This document shows positions 1 to 14,015 of a stretch of 64,000 nt of DNA, piece by piece. Position numbers and translations under genes: made by a program. The notes below the pieces were generated by a model. The model saw nothing but the letters and a program-made list of their open reading frames with translations. It made no database searches and was not told where the DNA came from. The DNA comes from Gnetum montanum (Eukaryota; Plantae; Gnetophyta), in NCBI GenBank assembly GCA_015680685.1, contig MNCI01000668.1:765175-829174 (forward strand), given 5' to 3'. Every line of letters begins with the position of its first letter. Positions within the stretch are counted from its first letter, which is position 1.

Positions 1-1881
1 ATATTCTATTTTGGAAGCTTAACAGATTATACTTTGATGAGAAGATTCAACCCTTTTACCTTATTTTGTAAGTAAATACATTTTTAGTTATATTAGAGCT
101 ACTTAGTCTACATAATCTTGATCATATGCCACCTGTACTAATAATCTTTTCATCTAATGTTTAAGTGCAATTCAAAAAATCTATTACCAATCTTCACTAA
201 AGAGAAAGTTCCATAGAACTATTGGAAATAGAGTAATATTCAATGAATTTATAGAAATAAAATAGTAAAATTGTAGAAAACCTTACACATTGAAGATGAG
301 CTACTATTGACATGAGTAAACACTTTGGAAAATAAAGTTGTTTGAATCAATTAATAATACCAAAAATTGGTAAATCCTTAGCTCAAAAAAGTAATTAAAC
401 AATTCCAAGAAACAAGTTGCAAGGCCCACTATAATCTTGACCACAAGCTAAAAAACTATGATAAAGTAGAAAAATAAAAATAACTCACTGAATAGAAGTA
501 AATGAGATAATTCAAGTTTGAGCTTAAAATATCATTGTACAAAAATATTTCTCCAATATCCAAGAGTTAATTCCTCCTAACTTCCCCCTCCCCCCTTTAA
601 CAAATCTACTCTAGGCTTTATATAGTAGCCCCTGGTAGTTACAAAAACTATAAGAGTTAAGGCCACAACTACCTCACATTCTCCTTGTATAACCATAAAC
701 CTTTGGATAACTATTTGGTGTTTTAATAAATTTTTCATTCTTTGAATTTGAAGTTCCTCAACTGATAACTATTTTGATAATCTTCCATGACTTAAGAGAG
801 CCTTAACAACCTAATTCATTGTATATGGTTCAATGTCATTAAGCATCGTTAAGACTTCTTCAATAATTTTTTCTTCGAAACCTGATTTAGTTATCGAATT
901 TGTTATTTCTATTAAAGTAACTCTCATGATGGCATAAACTTGTTCTAATTCTAGTTTCTTCCTGGTAGTTTCATTTACAATCCTAATAACTACCATAATC
1001 ATCATATCCAAAGGGCCTTGTTTTTGCTAAGGTAACAATTCTCTTTTAGCTCTAGCTAGTTCAAACAATTTTCTCTTCTTTCTATCCATCTACACAAATA
1101 TGGCTTGTTTTTCTCATGAATTTTATGAGAACTCTAGAGACATTTTTTTGTGCTTCAATGGTAGCTTTGTGCAACTCTTAGCTTTGTTTTAGTTCTTGGC
1201 TATGTTTGTCAATGGGTTTTAAAAACATATGCTCCCTACTTGAAGCTACCATCAAGAACACATGCTTCCTTCAAATGGCTACTTCACCAAACACACTTTC
1301 TGTTCCCACATACTTATGTGCATGCTCTCTCTCTATATCATTTTTTCTTTCTCTTTTATGGTACTTTTCTTTCTTTTTTTAATTTTTTTACCCACACATG
1401 CTGATGCTTCAATTCATTCATGAGATGGTAGTATCAAACTAGCCACATTTTTCTTCTTTGGTACGAATTATATTGGTAGAAAATCTAACTTTTTACCTTC
1501 CATTGAGGTGGTTAGCAAACAATCACATCTTACATTCATCATCATAAACAATAAAATGATTATCATTGGAAAAAAACCTTTATCATAATATTCCATAAAA
1601 CAAGAACTAATATCTCACATAATGTTTATAGGCAATCAAAATCACCATACCATATGGGTAAAAGATACTCTCACCAAGCCCTTCATTATACCAAATATTA
1701 AACTTAGGAGGAAGGTAGTGAATATAGATATTTATTCATCGTAATCACCTTTCTTTCAAGAGCATCATCACATATTTCACTCATTTCCAATTACAAGTTA
1801 TTCAAATCAAGCACATAAGTACTTTTATATTTGAGTATTCACAAGTTGAAAATCATGTATTGTGTTGTTTCACATAGGGAT

Positions 1882-2725
1882 TGATAAGAAGATTCCTTCA
1901 ATTTCATAATCCAAGCTCACTCAAATGTAAAGAAGTGATACAATTTATTAACTTAACAAAAAAGGAAATAAAGAACTTTGTTCTTGCTTATAAGAAAAGG
2001 ATTACAATACACACTAGAAGCAAACATACTCCCAAGGATAGATAATCAATCAATAAAGCCATCACACCTTCACAATACAAAATGAGCCATCAAAAGATGA
2101 TCACACATTCTCAATGCTCAAAGAGATCTTACTCTCATAATTTCAAGCATAGGATGACCTTAGAATGAGCTTAGCCATATTATTTAAAGTCATTCAGGCC
2201 TTTTATAGCTTTTCTAAGTATTGCTTCATCTTCCTCTATCATTGAGATGCCTCAATAATTATGAATTTTTCTTAATATTGTATTTTATTGAGACTAAAGG
2301 TGACTACAACTTGTAGTTACCATCATATGAGAAGACTACATTTGCATCTAAGCATACTAGTAAAATGCATAATATTCTTCTCTTTATTTCTTAGTGCATT
2401 TTAATCCTATTGTGACTTACAGCTCTTATACTACAACTCACTATGATTCATAGTGGTTTGTAATTCATCATTTGATAGAGAAATGATATGTAATTGATAT
2501 TTTGAACATATTGCAGTAGACTACAACTTGTAATTGCATATAGGACTAGACTAAGACTTACTACGATCTGTATTAACCTTACGGCTGCTTACTTAGGTTA
2601 CATAAAATACTCAAATTATTCTAAAACAAAATCAAATATAACTATACAAATCCTACTACTTCTAGGACATAGTGAGGATACAAATTATAAGAATTATCTC
2701 TAAGAATGAGTTGATGTCTTTATCA
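1882..2725 (-). repeat. 3' LTR of the CRM-like element
   Basis: Colinear with 14016-14874 and adjacent to the PPT. Confidence 0.85.
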
Positions 2726-2887
2726 TCTTCTTCACCCCTCAAGTGAGACTTTTCTTCAATTGGGTGTTACACTTGGGATAGCATTGATTCCCCACAAATC
2801 AAAATTATTCTCATGAACCCAAACAACATTCTGAGGTCCTTCCTCACTCTAACACATCAAGGACTCATGCATCTTCTTCCCTCTTAT

Positions 2888-3435
2888 TATGACATCCCAT
2901 CCCTGAATGACATGGAAAATTTCAAATATAAGATATATTAGACATTATGCATATGAAGAAAATATATCAAATGCAAAATATATGTAACATTTGACATTAT
3001 GTGTAAAGGAAATAAGAGGAAAAATGCAAATGAAGAAAGAAAAGAATGATTTATTGATAAGGAATAGAGTCTCTAGATCATTCTCTAAGAGTGTTCCTTG
3101 GGGTTTTCTTCCTTCAACATCTATCCCTTAGAGGCAATCTAGCACTACCACCATGATTAGACCTACAACTAGTTAGAAGGGATGGCCAGTCCACTTCCTA
3201 TCCTACTTCACCCAACTCTTATGACTTGCCTATACTAGCTTCACCACTCCATGCTTAGCATGACCTCTAAGCCTGGGTATAAATGCCTTAGGTCAAACCC
3301 CCAAAGGTTACCTCAAGAGACATGTCGATTATTACAACATGCACTTTTAGGTCTTATTACAATAATAATAACACTTGTTATGAAGAGGCACCATCTTTGT
3401 TATGCATTAGCGTCATTTGGAATGGGGACATGACA
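2888..3435 (-). mobile_element. Solo LTR of the same family as the CCR4-carrying element (51298-56598)
   Basis: Reverse complement aligns along its length with 51298-51858. Termini T(A)TGACATCCC...GGGACATGACA. TSD CTTAT/CTTGT. Confidence 0.85.
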
Positions 3436-4177
3436 CTTGTGCTTCTAGCCCTTCTTGCTTGTAACACAATCAACTTCCTTGATGACTTAGAAGAAGCATG
3501 ACCTTCAATTACATCTTTAAAGATTTTAAGAATATCCTCTAAATTTGATGAAATAGATTACCATGATATGGGCTTAAATTTGAAACATTAAACACATAAG
3601 AAAGAGGCAAATATTAGGTAAATCAATCTCATATGCATTTGAATTAATCTTGGCACTTATTCTAAATGGACTAATTCTCCTTAACTTGAGCTAATAGAAG
3701 TACACATTTCTTTACCTTTTATTACTTGAATAAACTCAAACATTATCTTCTTTTTCTTATTAGTCTTGGAAAACACATTCTTTTCCTTCTTCTCCAAGTG
3801 AAATTTGACTTGTTTATAAAATTATTTTATTTACTTGATAAAATAAAAGCTTAAAAAGACACAATCATAAAATTTCTTTATCTCATTAACCATTGTTAAT
3901 GAAAAATCATAATTTATCATAAAATAAATTTTACCAATGCTAGTGTGGAAAGCATTATTATATGAGAACTTTACATGGACTAACATATTTTTTCCATCTT
4001 TGAGATTGATCCTCCCATAAACATCTTAAGATATTTAGCAAGAACCTATTTAAAAATTCAATTTTTCCATAAATTTAAGGATGATAGAATATGAAAAATT
4101 ATAAATTGGTTTTCAATAATTTTAGAAATGAACTCCAAAAGTAACTAATGAATTTGGCATTCTAAATCACTCAAAAT

Positions 4178-7100
4178 CATCATCATCATCCTAGCCTTGT
4201 CCCGACAAAATCGGGTTGGCTACATTCGTTATTGTTTTTCATTTGCCTCTATGAAGAGCTAAATATTTATTTATTTTTAGTTTTTTCAAATCATCTTTGA
4301 TTTTTATCCCATGTCTTCTTTGATCTTTCTTTTAGTGGCTTTCTTAGAATAGTGATGTAGCAACCATTATTTATATGCTTATTGTCTAATCTTTTTTGCA
4401 CATGTTCAAACCATCCAAGTTGTAAATCCTATAGCTTATCTAAAATAAAAGAGATTCCAAATATTTCTATAATATCTTTATTATGTAGTTTATCTCTTCT
4501 AGTAACATTCGACATCCATTGAATCATTTGCATTTCTACAATATTAATTTGTTGTTCATGCCTCCTTTGTACTGCCAAACATTCAACATTATATAATATA
4601 GTTGGCCTAATTATTGTCTTGGAAAATTTCCCTTTTAATTATATTGGTATTCTTTTATTACATGTGTTGACACATTTGGCCATTTCATGGAATAGTAAGA
4701 CTCATTGTAAATATTATTGTAAGGATGGGAGAGTGTAAGTGTGCTATTTCATACCATTGGTATGAGATCTAAGGGAGAACATAATATTATTGGTGAAAAA
4801 AAATGAAGCACATATGAAAAACAAGGAATAAAGATTGTAAGAGATAATGTGCCAATGATGAATGAATTGACAAGCAAGGAATTTTTCATTGCCAGAGATA
4901 TGTTCAGGAATTGATTATTTGGGCATTGGCAAAGAATAAAAGAAGGAAACTAGAATTGGAAATTAAAAAAAAATAAATTCCTTGTTAATCATTTTTTCTA
5001 GTTCACGTTTTTGGCCTAGTCTTGAAAAAAAAAAAAAAATACTCTGCCGGAAAGTGTCATTTTCCAAAACAGTCAGGGCGCGGCAATAGAAGTGTTCTTT
5101 TCAATTTGCAAATATCAGGCATAACTGGATTATTACCAGTCGTTCTTGCAATGGCCCTAAATGGCTCTGAATGGTGTCGATGGTCTTGGTGGCAGCATAA
5201 ACCTCCTATCCAGCATTTCAAGGCATTCATTTGTTTTTTTTCTCCCTGCCGTGAATACAGCCAGTGGGTCTATTTCTTCATCGGCGCCAACGTCGTTGAT
5301 ATTCCTGGTGTACTCGATGGGCGTGACCTTCAAAGTGGTCGCTGGGAGGCTCTGGTCTGCGATTCAATGGATTCAAACCCCAGAATGATAAAATCGCCTA
5401 GAAGATCTGGCTTGTTCACGCTGAAACCCTCGAATCTAAGCCTATGTTTCAACATTCTGATCTTTATTATTCTGTGTGAATCTGCAAAAAATAATCACCT
5501 CTGTCCCGCGTGTAAAGGTCTAGCTATGGTTGTACTGCAAAAATTCGTGAGCAGAAAGCAAAGGCTGCAAAGAAATTAGTTTCAATGACAGGCGCGTTTA
5601 CAGCTCGTCCCTGTAATTTCCAATAATTTGTGCAGGTTACTTCCTCGCCAAACAGGGCTTTTTCTTCCAAAGGACTCATTTCAAATTTTTAGGCGGTATG
5701 TCATTCACTCCTCCTGCAACCTACCTTTCAAAACAGTAGCCATGTCCAACGCCGATGCATTCGGTATCGCATACTAGTCCGGTGAATGCGGCAACAAAGA
5801 CACAAAGCCATATCAAGACAGGTGTCTGGAGATATTTTGGGCTAATGCTGGTAAACCGGAGTTGCAGTTTATCAAATAATATTTTAAATAATCACAATAC
5901 CATATACACTAAGTGTGAAGCCCATATACACTAAGTGTGAAGCCTCGGTTATAAACTTACCTTTTTTTTAATTTAATTATCCCAAGACTTCAAAACGTTA
6001 TTATTTTTAAATATTATTATATAAGTTACTACCTACAAAATATTTGTAATATTAATGTTAAAATGTTTATAATATTTTAAATATTTGTAGTATGTATTAA
6101 TGTTAGCATGAAATTCTCCTAATTTTATGCATAACTTCCTAACTCCCTAACTAGATAACTTTCTCCTAGCTTGTTGGGCAAGGAATCTTCTAATTGCTTA
6201 GTCCAATTACTTGGGAGAAAAGTTAGGTGAGATATTTTTGAGATATTTTTGAAATTGTAACTTCCCTACCTACCTTTGAACCCTATAAAAAGGTTGGGGG
6301 GATGAACATTGAAGGGAGCATCACTTCTCACATCACACTTGGGGTCTCATACATCACATTTTGAAGGCTACTAGTTAGCACTTGGGCTCTTACTTGGAGA
6401 CACTTTGAGTCTTGGGAGAAGAGCATTTTGTAAAGAAGAAAGTGTGAANNNNNNNNNNNNNNNNNNNNNNNNNNNNNNNNNNNNNNNNNNNNNNNNNNNN
6501 NNNNNNNNNNNNNNNNNNNNNNNNNNNNNNNNNNNNNNNNNNNNNNNNNNNNNNNNNNNNNNNNNNNNNNNNNNNNNNNNNNNNNNNNNNNNNNNNNNNN
6601 NNNNNNNNNNNNNNNNNNNNNNNNNNNNNNNNNNNNNNNNNNNNNNNNNNNNNNNNNNNNNNNNNNNNNNNNNNNNNNNNNNNNNNNNNNNNNNNNNNNN
6701 NNNNNNNNNNNNNNNNNNNNNNNNNNNNNNNNNNNNNNNNNNNNNNNNNNNNNNNNNNNNNNNNNNNNNNNNNNNNNNNNNNNNNNNNNNNNNNNATTTT
6801 ACCTTGTTTAAATATTTGAGGTCTACACAAATCTGCTTTCTTTTCTTTTTAGCTTATTTCCATCGAATCTTGCTCTATTTCTAGTTTTCTTGTGGAACTA
6901 TCTCTTTCTCTGGGGAAAATTAGGAGTAGATTGTGGAGTTGTGCTCAAATGTTTTTGCAAAATTTTATTTGTTACGAGTAGGTATTATAAGGACCGCGTA
7001 GACTAGGCAGTTGAACAAAATAGGAAATTTTCAAGAACTCACAGTACTTGGCAAAGTTGGCTGAATCTCTTTAAAGTAAGTCATTCATAGTTCACACACA

Positions 7101-9945
7101 ACGCAATTGTTACATTTTACACAACCACACGCCGCAACAACACACACACATATTCACATTAACTGCTAAGTTTATTTGGAGGTATTTGGGCCTTGGTGTT
7201 GCGAGAGACCATCAGGCACCTAAATCCTATTCGAGGACACTCGTTGGCGGTCGCGTCCCAAACGGTCACCAACAACATGAAACACCAATAGGCCTTTTTT
7301 ATTTTGACCATCCTATCTCAGTTTTATTCTTGATATCTTTATCGATTTCATCATCTAATTAGAGAATTGATTCTAGGTAGTGGAACTATTTGCAGTGAGG
7401 AACTTTTTTGCCTTGAATTGTTACTTCTTTTTCATCATTTTTTATGTTATTAAAATTAAATTCCATATATTCTTTCTTAATTTTGCTAATTTTAAGCCCC
7501 TTGATTCAAAAGTATCTCTCTACTTCTTTATTTTAGAAGAAATATTTTCTTGAGCTATATCCTCCAACATAATATCACTTGTAAATAACATAAACCAAGT
7601 GATTTCATCTTGTGTTTCTTTTGTTAATTCATCCATAATAATGACAAATAATGACAAATAATACTTTTGTTAATTCATCCATAATAATGACAAATAATAC
7701 TTTTATTAATTCATCCATAATAATGACAAATAATATTGGCTAAGTGCAAATCCTTGATGCAAACCTACTATGACTAGAAAATCAAATTTAATTCCATAAG
7801 CTATTGTAATTTTAGTGTTAACTCCATTATATATGTCTTGAATCACTTTAATATATTTATCAAGGATGTTTTTGATCCACAAGGCCTATAAAATAATATC
7901 TCTAGATGCTCTATCATATGCTTTTTCTAAGTCAAAGAATATCTTATGTATATTTTTATTTGTTTTCTAAATTTCTACATTAATTTTAGTATTAAAACAA
8001 TAGCTTCTATAATAAATATTGCTAGCATAAATCCAAATTTATTTTATAATATTATTGATTCAAGTCTAAGATGTTGTTGTATGACTCTCTTCTAAAGTAT
8101 CATAGTGTGGCTTATTAGCTTGATTCCTTAATAGTTTGGATAATTTTGTACATCTCCTTCAATTTTGTAAATAGGAACAATAAATATTTTTTTTCTAATT
8201 TTTTGGAATTATCCATCCTTTAAATTTTTTTAAATAATTATATCAATCAAGAAACTCTTGTATCTCTCAATGCTTTTTAAGCTTCTATAGGAATGTTATT
8301 TGGTCCAACAACTTATCCATTTTTCATCTTTGATAAGGCTATCTTCACTTTAGAGAAGTAAAGTTCATTAACCAAAAAAAAATTTGGTTCCTCTTCTTAG
8401 ATTTCTTCTCTTATGGTTTTTTCATTTAATATTTTTTTAAGATAACTTTTTTACCTATCCAAAATTTCATGGTCTTTTATCAAAATTCTTTTAGCTATTT
8501 CCTTAATGCATTTAACATGATTAATGTCTTTACAAATAAATTTTTTTCCCAAATTTTGCTAATTTAAAAATAAATTTTTTCTTTTATTTATTCCTAATTT
8601 CTCATAAAAGCTATCCAAGGCCTTGTATTTGGCTTTAGCTTTAGCTATAGTTACCTTCTACTTTATTATTTTGTATATTAGCCTGTTTTCTTGGTTACCG
8701 CTTTGCTACCATTTCTTAAAGAATTTTTCTTGTTTTGGATAGGGTGTTTCACTTCAATCTACCACCATGTATCTTTTGGAATGTATTTTGTTTCTTTTTG
8801 TTTACCCAAAAATTTCTTTCTAATTTTCTAAATGTAACTTTCCATCTAGCCCCAAATTAAGTTTGCCAAGAAATCCTAATTCCAAGTGCCTTCATGAAGA
8901 AATTATTCTCTAAATAAGGTGATGTTATCTTCTTTGAAATTCTACCATTTTCTACATTTTTTCCCTTTTTTTAAAGCTCTATATAGCTAAATCCATGACC
9001 ATTAGTCAATGCTAAGTTGAAAGGCACTATCCAAGTATGACCTTATAATCTTTGCACATGGCTTTATGCAAAAAGAAATAATCAATTTGTACTTTATCCA
9101 TACAACTCTTATATATAATTAAATGTTTCATCCTCTTCTTGAAATAAGTATATGCAATTACAAGATCATAGGCACTTGCAAATTATAGTAGTGAATCTCC
9201 TATATCATTGCACTCTCTAAATTCTTGTCCTCCATGAATCTTGTCATATCCCATTTTCATAGATCTAACATGATCATTAAAATTTCCTTCAATGACCATG
9301 ATTTCTTTTTGGGAAATTTCTTAAAGAACTTGATTCATGGAATCCTAAAAATCTTGCTTGATGGAATTTTCCAAACTAATTTGTGAAGCATTTACATTGA
9401 TGATATTGATGATCTTATTTTCAAGCACATGTTTGATGCTCATAATTGTACCACTTTATCTTTGATAGATTTATGAATGATGATTTTTACTTCATTTCTA
9501 TGATTTTCATTTCTTGAGTAGAAGAGGTTGTCATCTTATTTCTTGAAGGTAAGTAATGTAGATTCTTTGTTTTTTTTTACCATCGATAATTTCAAAGGTC
9601 TTTTTATTGAAAGTGCCAATGTTCTATGTTGTCAACCAACATTTCTATCATTTAACTTGCTCTTTCCTCACACTTATCCCTAATGTATGAACCCTCATTT
9701 AATTTTCACAAAATCTAGACAATGATATTGTGAGCCATTTCTAAATGATGTCATACAAACTCATTGTCCATTTTCCATAGTAACTAACACCGGTGACTAT
9801 TGTGCATCACTTTTGGAGAATGCCCTAGCATCTTTAAAATTTTTTTAAAAAGTTATTTATAAGATTTGATAATGTTTTAGACTTGACTATCAACCTAAGA
9901 CTAACCCTTCTCGTTTCATATTTGAGACCTGTATTTTTGTAGTTA
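4178..9945 (-). mobile_element. Degenerate near-full-length RTE-clade LINE, interrupted by a solo LTR
   Basis: Minus-strand endonuclease relics (IEGNFNDHV, QIDYFF), RT relics (GIKLISHTM, FFDLEKAYDR, VGLHQGFALS, WFMLFTSDIML) and C-terminal relics (KGKFSKTIIRP, WFEHVQKR). (GAT)n tail at 4178-4190. Exact 12-bp TSD ATCACTCAAAAT at 4166-4177 and 9951-9962, inside the host integrase. Confidence 0.88.
4665..7274. mobile_element. Large (~2.6 kb) solo LTR, probably Tat/Ogre-type Gypsy; contains an N gap
   Basis: Begins TGTTGACAC and ends CACCAACA. Perfect TSD ACATG (4660-4664, 7275-7279). RTE coding sequence rejoins across it. TATA-like CTATAAAA near 6283. Lineage is inferred from termini and size only. 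Confidence 0.75.
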
Positions 9946-12900
9946 TTCCTATCACTCAAAATGTTCAAAGGAATGTCATGAAATTTTACTAAATGCTGAA
10001 AGAATAAAGAAGAAACATGAGGTGCATCACTACTCCTCTTTCATGGAATAAAATGATCCATTTTAGTAAATCTATCCATAACAACAACTATGGAACCATG
10101 ACTAAATATTTTCTTGAAAATGCCATTAACAAAGTCCAATGAAACACTTTTCCAAGAAGTATTTGAGATTCAGAAAGGTAAATAATGATCTATACCCTTT
10201 CCACCTTTGAACATTTGGCAGACATAAAACTCATTTAGAAATTTAATCACATATTTATACATACTCAACCAAAAAGAGTTTTTGCTCATCAATTTCAAAG
10301 TCTTTGTTTTTTTCCAAATGGGCAGTCATGTCATAATTGTACTTTTTCTCAAGAAGCTTGAATTTGAAATAACATTTGGGAACAAAAATCTTTCCATCTC
10401 TAAATAGAATACCTTTCTTAACATGATATGATTTTCATTTATCAGCTCTTTCTAATAATGGAAAATTTAATTCCATTCAAATTTTATCAAGATTAGTATT
10501 AATAGGATACAACTAAGAAAAAGACTCAAAACCTTTGAATTTCATTCTAGAATGAGGATTATGAATTCTAGAAAAAGCATTAACAATAACATTTGACTTG
10601 TCATTTCTATGTTTCAAAATAAAATAAAAATTTTGTAATTATTCTATGATCAATCAACAAAAGAATTTAGATACTAGCAAGTAATGTCTCCAATTCTTGA
10701 TGGCTTGAAGTATAACATATAATTCCTTCTCATATATAATATTATTTTGTTTATATTCTTTCAAATTTTTAAGGAAAGAATGCAATTGGCTTATCCTCTT
10801 CAGAAAACATAACTCTAATAGCAAGCTTACTTACATTCACCTTCACTTCAAAAAGTTTGAAGAAGTTTTAAATTGTCAAAACTAGTGCACTACAAATATT
10901 CTTCTTCAATGCTTAAAAAGAAGTCTATTTTGCATCATTCCACAAAAAAGTTGAATTCTTCTTCAAACAAGATAACATAACCATGTAATAGAATTGTTAT
11001 TTCTAATGAATCTCCTATAGTAACTAGCCAAACCAAGAAAAGATCTTACCTATCTCACATCTTTAAGTGAAGGCCACTTAGTTTTCTTAATCTTTCTTGA
11101 CTTCATCTTGACTTTATTCTTGAAGATCACATGACTTAAGTAGATAATTTTCTTCTTCATAAAATGACATTTCTTGGCATTAATCACCATTTAAGCCTTA
11201 TGAAACTTTGAGCACACAAATATCAAGTGTTGCACATGCTCATCTTTATTACAACTATAAGTAAGAATAACATCAAAGAAAACAACGCAACATTTACTAA
11301 TAAGATCTCTTAAGATATTATGCATAAGCCATGAATGTGCTTGGTGCATTAGTTAGCTTGAAAAACATGATTAATGACTTATTAAAATCATCTAGTGTCT
11401 TGAATGTTGTTTTTCATTCATCCCCTAATTCAATTCTAATATAATGATATCCACTTTTCAAATCACTCTTTGAAAAGATTTTAGCATTAGGTGAAACAAC
11501 AAGAATACCATCTAGTCTAGGGATAGTAATCCTATTAAAATTTCTAGAGTGAATGCACATTCTCATTTTAGTTATATCCTTCTTAAGAATAAGAATGGCT
11601 GGAACAACACATGAAAAAAATAGATTCATTAACAAAATCATTGAAGAATAACCCACTTTCTTTATTTTGAAACTCCTTCCTTTGATGTGGAGTCATTTGG
11701 TAAGCCCTCTTATTTGGAATGGTTACTCTAGGCATAAAGCTAATTTAAAGTTGAATGGATCTTATTGGAAAAAGCTCTTCCAATTTACTTTTGAAGACAT
11801 AAGCAAATTTTAGTATGAAAGATTACAAAATAGATGGAAGTTCACTTTGTGACTCCTCTTTACTCATTGAAATTGTAGAAACAATGACAAAATCTTGACC
11901 ATGTTTCTTATTGTTTGAGATATTTTATTTTACTAAGAAATATTAATGAAGCATTAGGAGATACATTTTTATTGTATTGCTACAATGTTATAGGAATCAG
12001 TTGATGAGTTCCATCTCTTCTAGAAACTAATCAAGGTAGCCTTATTCTCATAATTTCAAGGTATATTGAATATGAAATCAACACTATCTATGTGAAAAAT
12101 GTCACATTGAACTTGATCTTTGAAAGAATCAATCTTGAAAGATAAAATGCACCTTTCCTTTACCTCTTGGAAACAATCTCTTAAGAGCCAATGTACTCTA
12201 TAAGGCTTAGGATGAGGAAATTTCTTAGATCTCATCTATTAACAACCTTAGAAGATATAACATTTTCTTGACAACCTCTTTCTATTAAGATGTGAAGCTA
12301 TTTACCATTATAGAGACATCTAGTCCCAATTCTAAAGAGCATTTTCCTCAAGGGATCTTTACTAGCATTTAAATTTCCCATAAATGAATTAATTTTAATG
12401 ACATCTTAAATTAAAGAGACATTAGTATTACCTTTATTTGAAGACTCTTCCTTCTTCAAATTCTAAAGTTTCTTGCCCTTAAAAGACTTAGGGTTCTTGC
12501 AATTCCATTACTTATGTCCCAATTCTCCATAATTGAAGCATTATATCTTGGAAGTATTGTTATTTCCTTAACTATTTTTCTTCTTGAAATTTTTTTCTCT
12601 TTTAATCTTGGCCTTTCTTAATCCTCTCTTGCTTATCATGTAAATTTTCCTTAGCATTACCTTTCTTCTTTGCTTTTTTATCTCCCTTAGAAATCTTGAG
12701 GTCTTTACCTGTGGGAGCCTTGGGATCTTTATTATACTCTTGGAGTTTCTTTTTAGCCTTAAGAGTCAAATCAGAAGCCTCATCTAATGTTTGAGATTCA
12801 TAGAAGGTAAGTTGTCATTATAATTTCTTCTTTAATTCACCATAGAAGTTTGAAGCTTGATCATATTCATCTCGATATATCGTAGCTTCCTAGAAAGCTT

Positions 12901-14015
12901 TGTAAAATTCTATATAATATTCCTTTATACTTTTATCATCTTGTCTCATATATTTTTGTCTTTAAATAGTCTCTTTCCTATGATGAGACTTTTCAAATCT
13001 TTTCTTAAGAATAAATTACATAAGTGATCAAACTTTAATAGGAGTATCATTGTTTATCACATAAGAATGACTTTCTTTCTCCCACCATACTTATGTGATA
13101 CCTTCAATCTTATGTTTAGCATATGATATTTTTTGATAGTCTTCAACATCTTCAAGCTCAAAATATATTTTAGTCATCTTAAGATAAGAGAAAAAATAAT
13201 TTAGTACCTTCCATTCCATTAAAGGATTTAACTACAACATGAGGCCTTTTAGAAGCATGTTTGAATGATTTAGCAAGAGCAAGCTTAATTTCTTTATCTT
13301 AATTTCTTTGAGGCCTTGAAGAACTTTCTTCTTCCGTTTCCTTAAAAATATGGAAATCTTAAGACTTATTCTTAATACTTGGAGCATGAAGAAGCTCATC
13401 ATCTTATTTTTTATTTTGTCAAAAGTTTTCATTTTCAAAAGAAATGTCATCTTCAAGAGAAAGCATGAATGAGTTTTTTAAGAATCCCTTGGTGAAGAAT
13501 CTCTTGATTTTTTTCTTGTCTAGATGACTTTGGTGAAGAAACATGTCCTTTGCTCTCTTCTAGATTTTTAAGTTTTTCAATAGTGAGCTTGACAGAATTT
13601 ATTACATCTTTCATGTCTTTAGTCAAATATTGAACTATCTTTTTCTTTGGATCATGATGAGAATGACCTAAAGAATTGAAATGTATAAAATCCTATAAGA
13701 AGATATGAATGATAAAAAATATTCAAGGATAATAAAACAAGAATTATTCAAATATTAGTAGAAATAAGCTTAAAATGTTTAAATCCTATCTATTAAAAGT
13801 AAATGAATATCCAAATCTATAATTACTTTCTAAATATTAAAAGATATAACCAACATATTGATCAAATTAATTTTCAAAGCATTAAGAAGTATTTAATTAA
13901 AAATAATTAAAATTTTAAATCAAGTTGATGATATGAAGAGTGATTTCTTATACTTGAGATGAGGATTCTCTACTTTAATTGAATTATCTTTAAAGAAAAT
14001 GCTCTAATGCCAATC

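Noticed and set aside
1-1876. ORF 811-1011 and nearby repeat-like DNA
   Set aside because: No recognisable domain or boundaries.
5022-5579. 185-aa and 75-aa ORFs as a host gene
   Set aside because: They lie inside a TSD-bounded solo LTR, have no recognisable domain, and are explained by locally higher GC.
6390-6884. ORFs containing long X runs
   Set aside because: Artefacts of the N gap.
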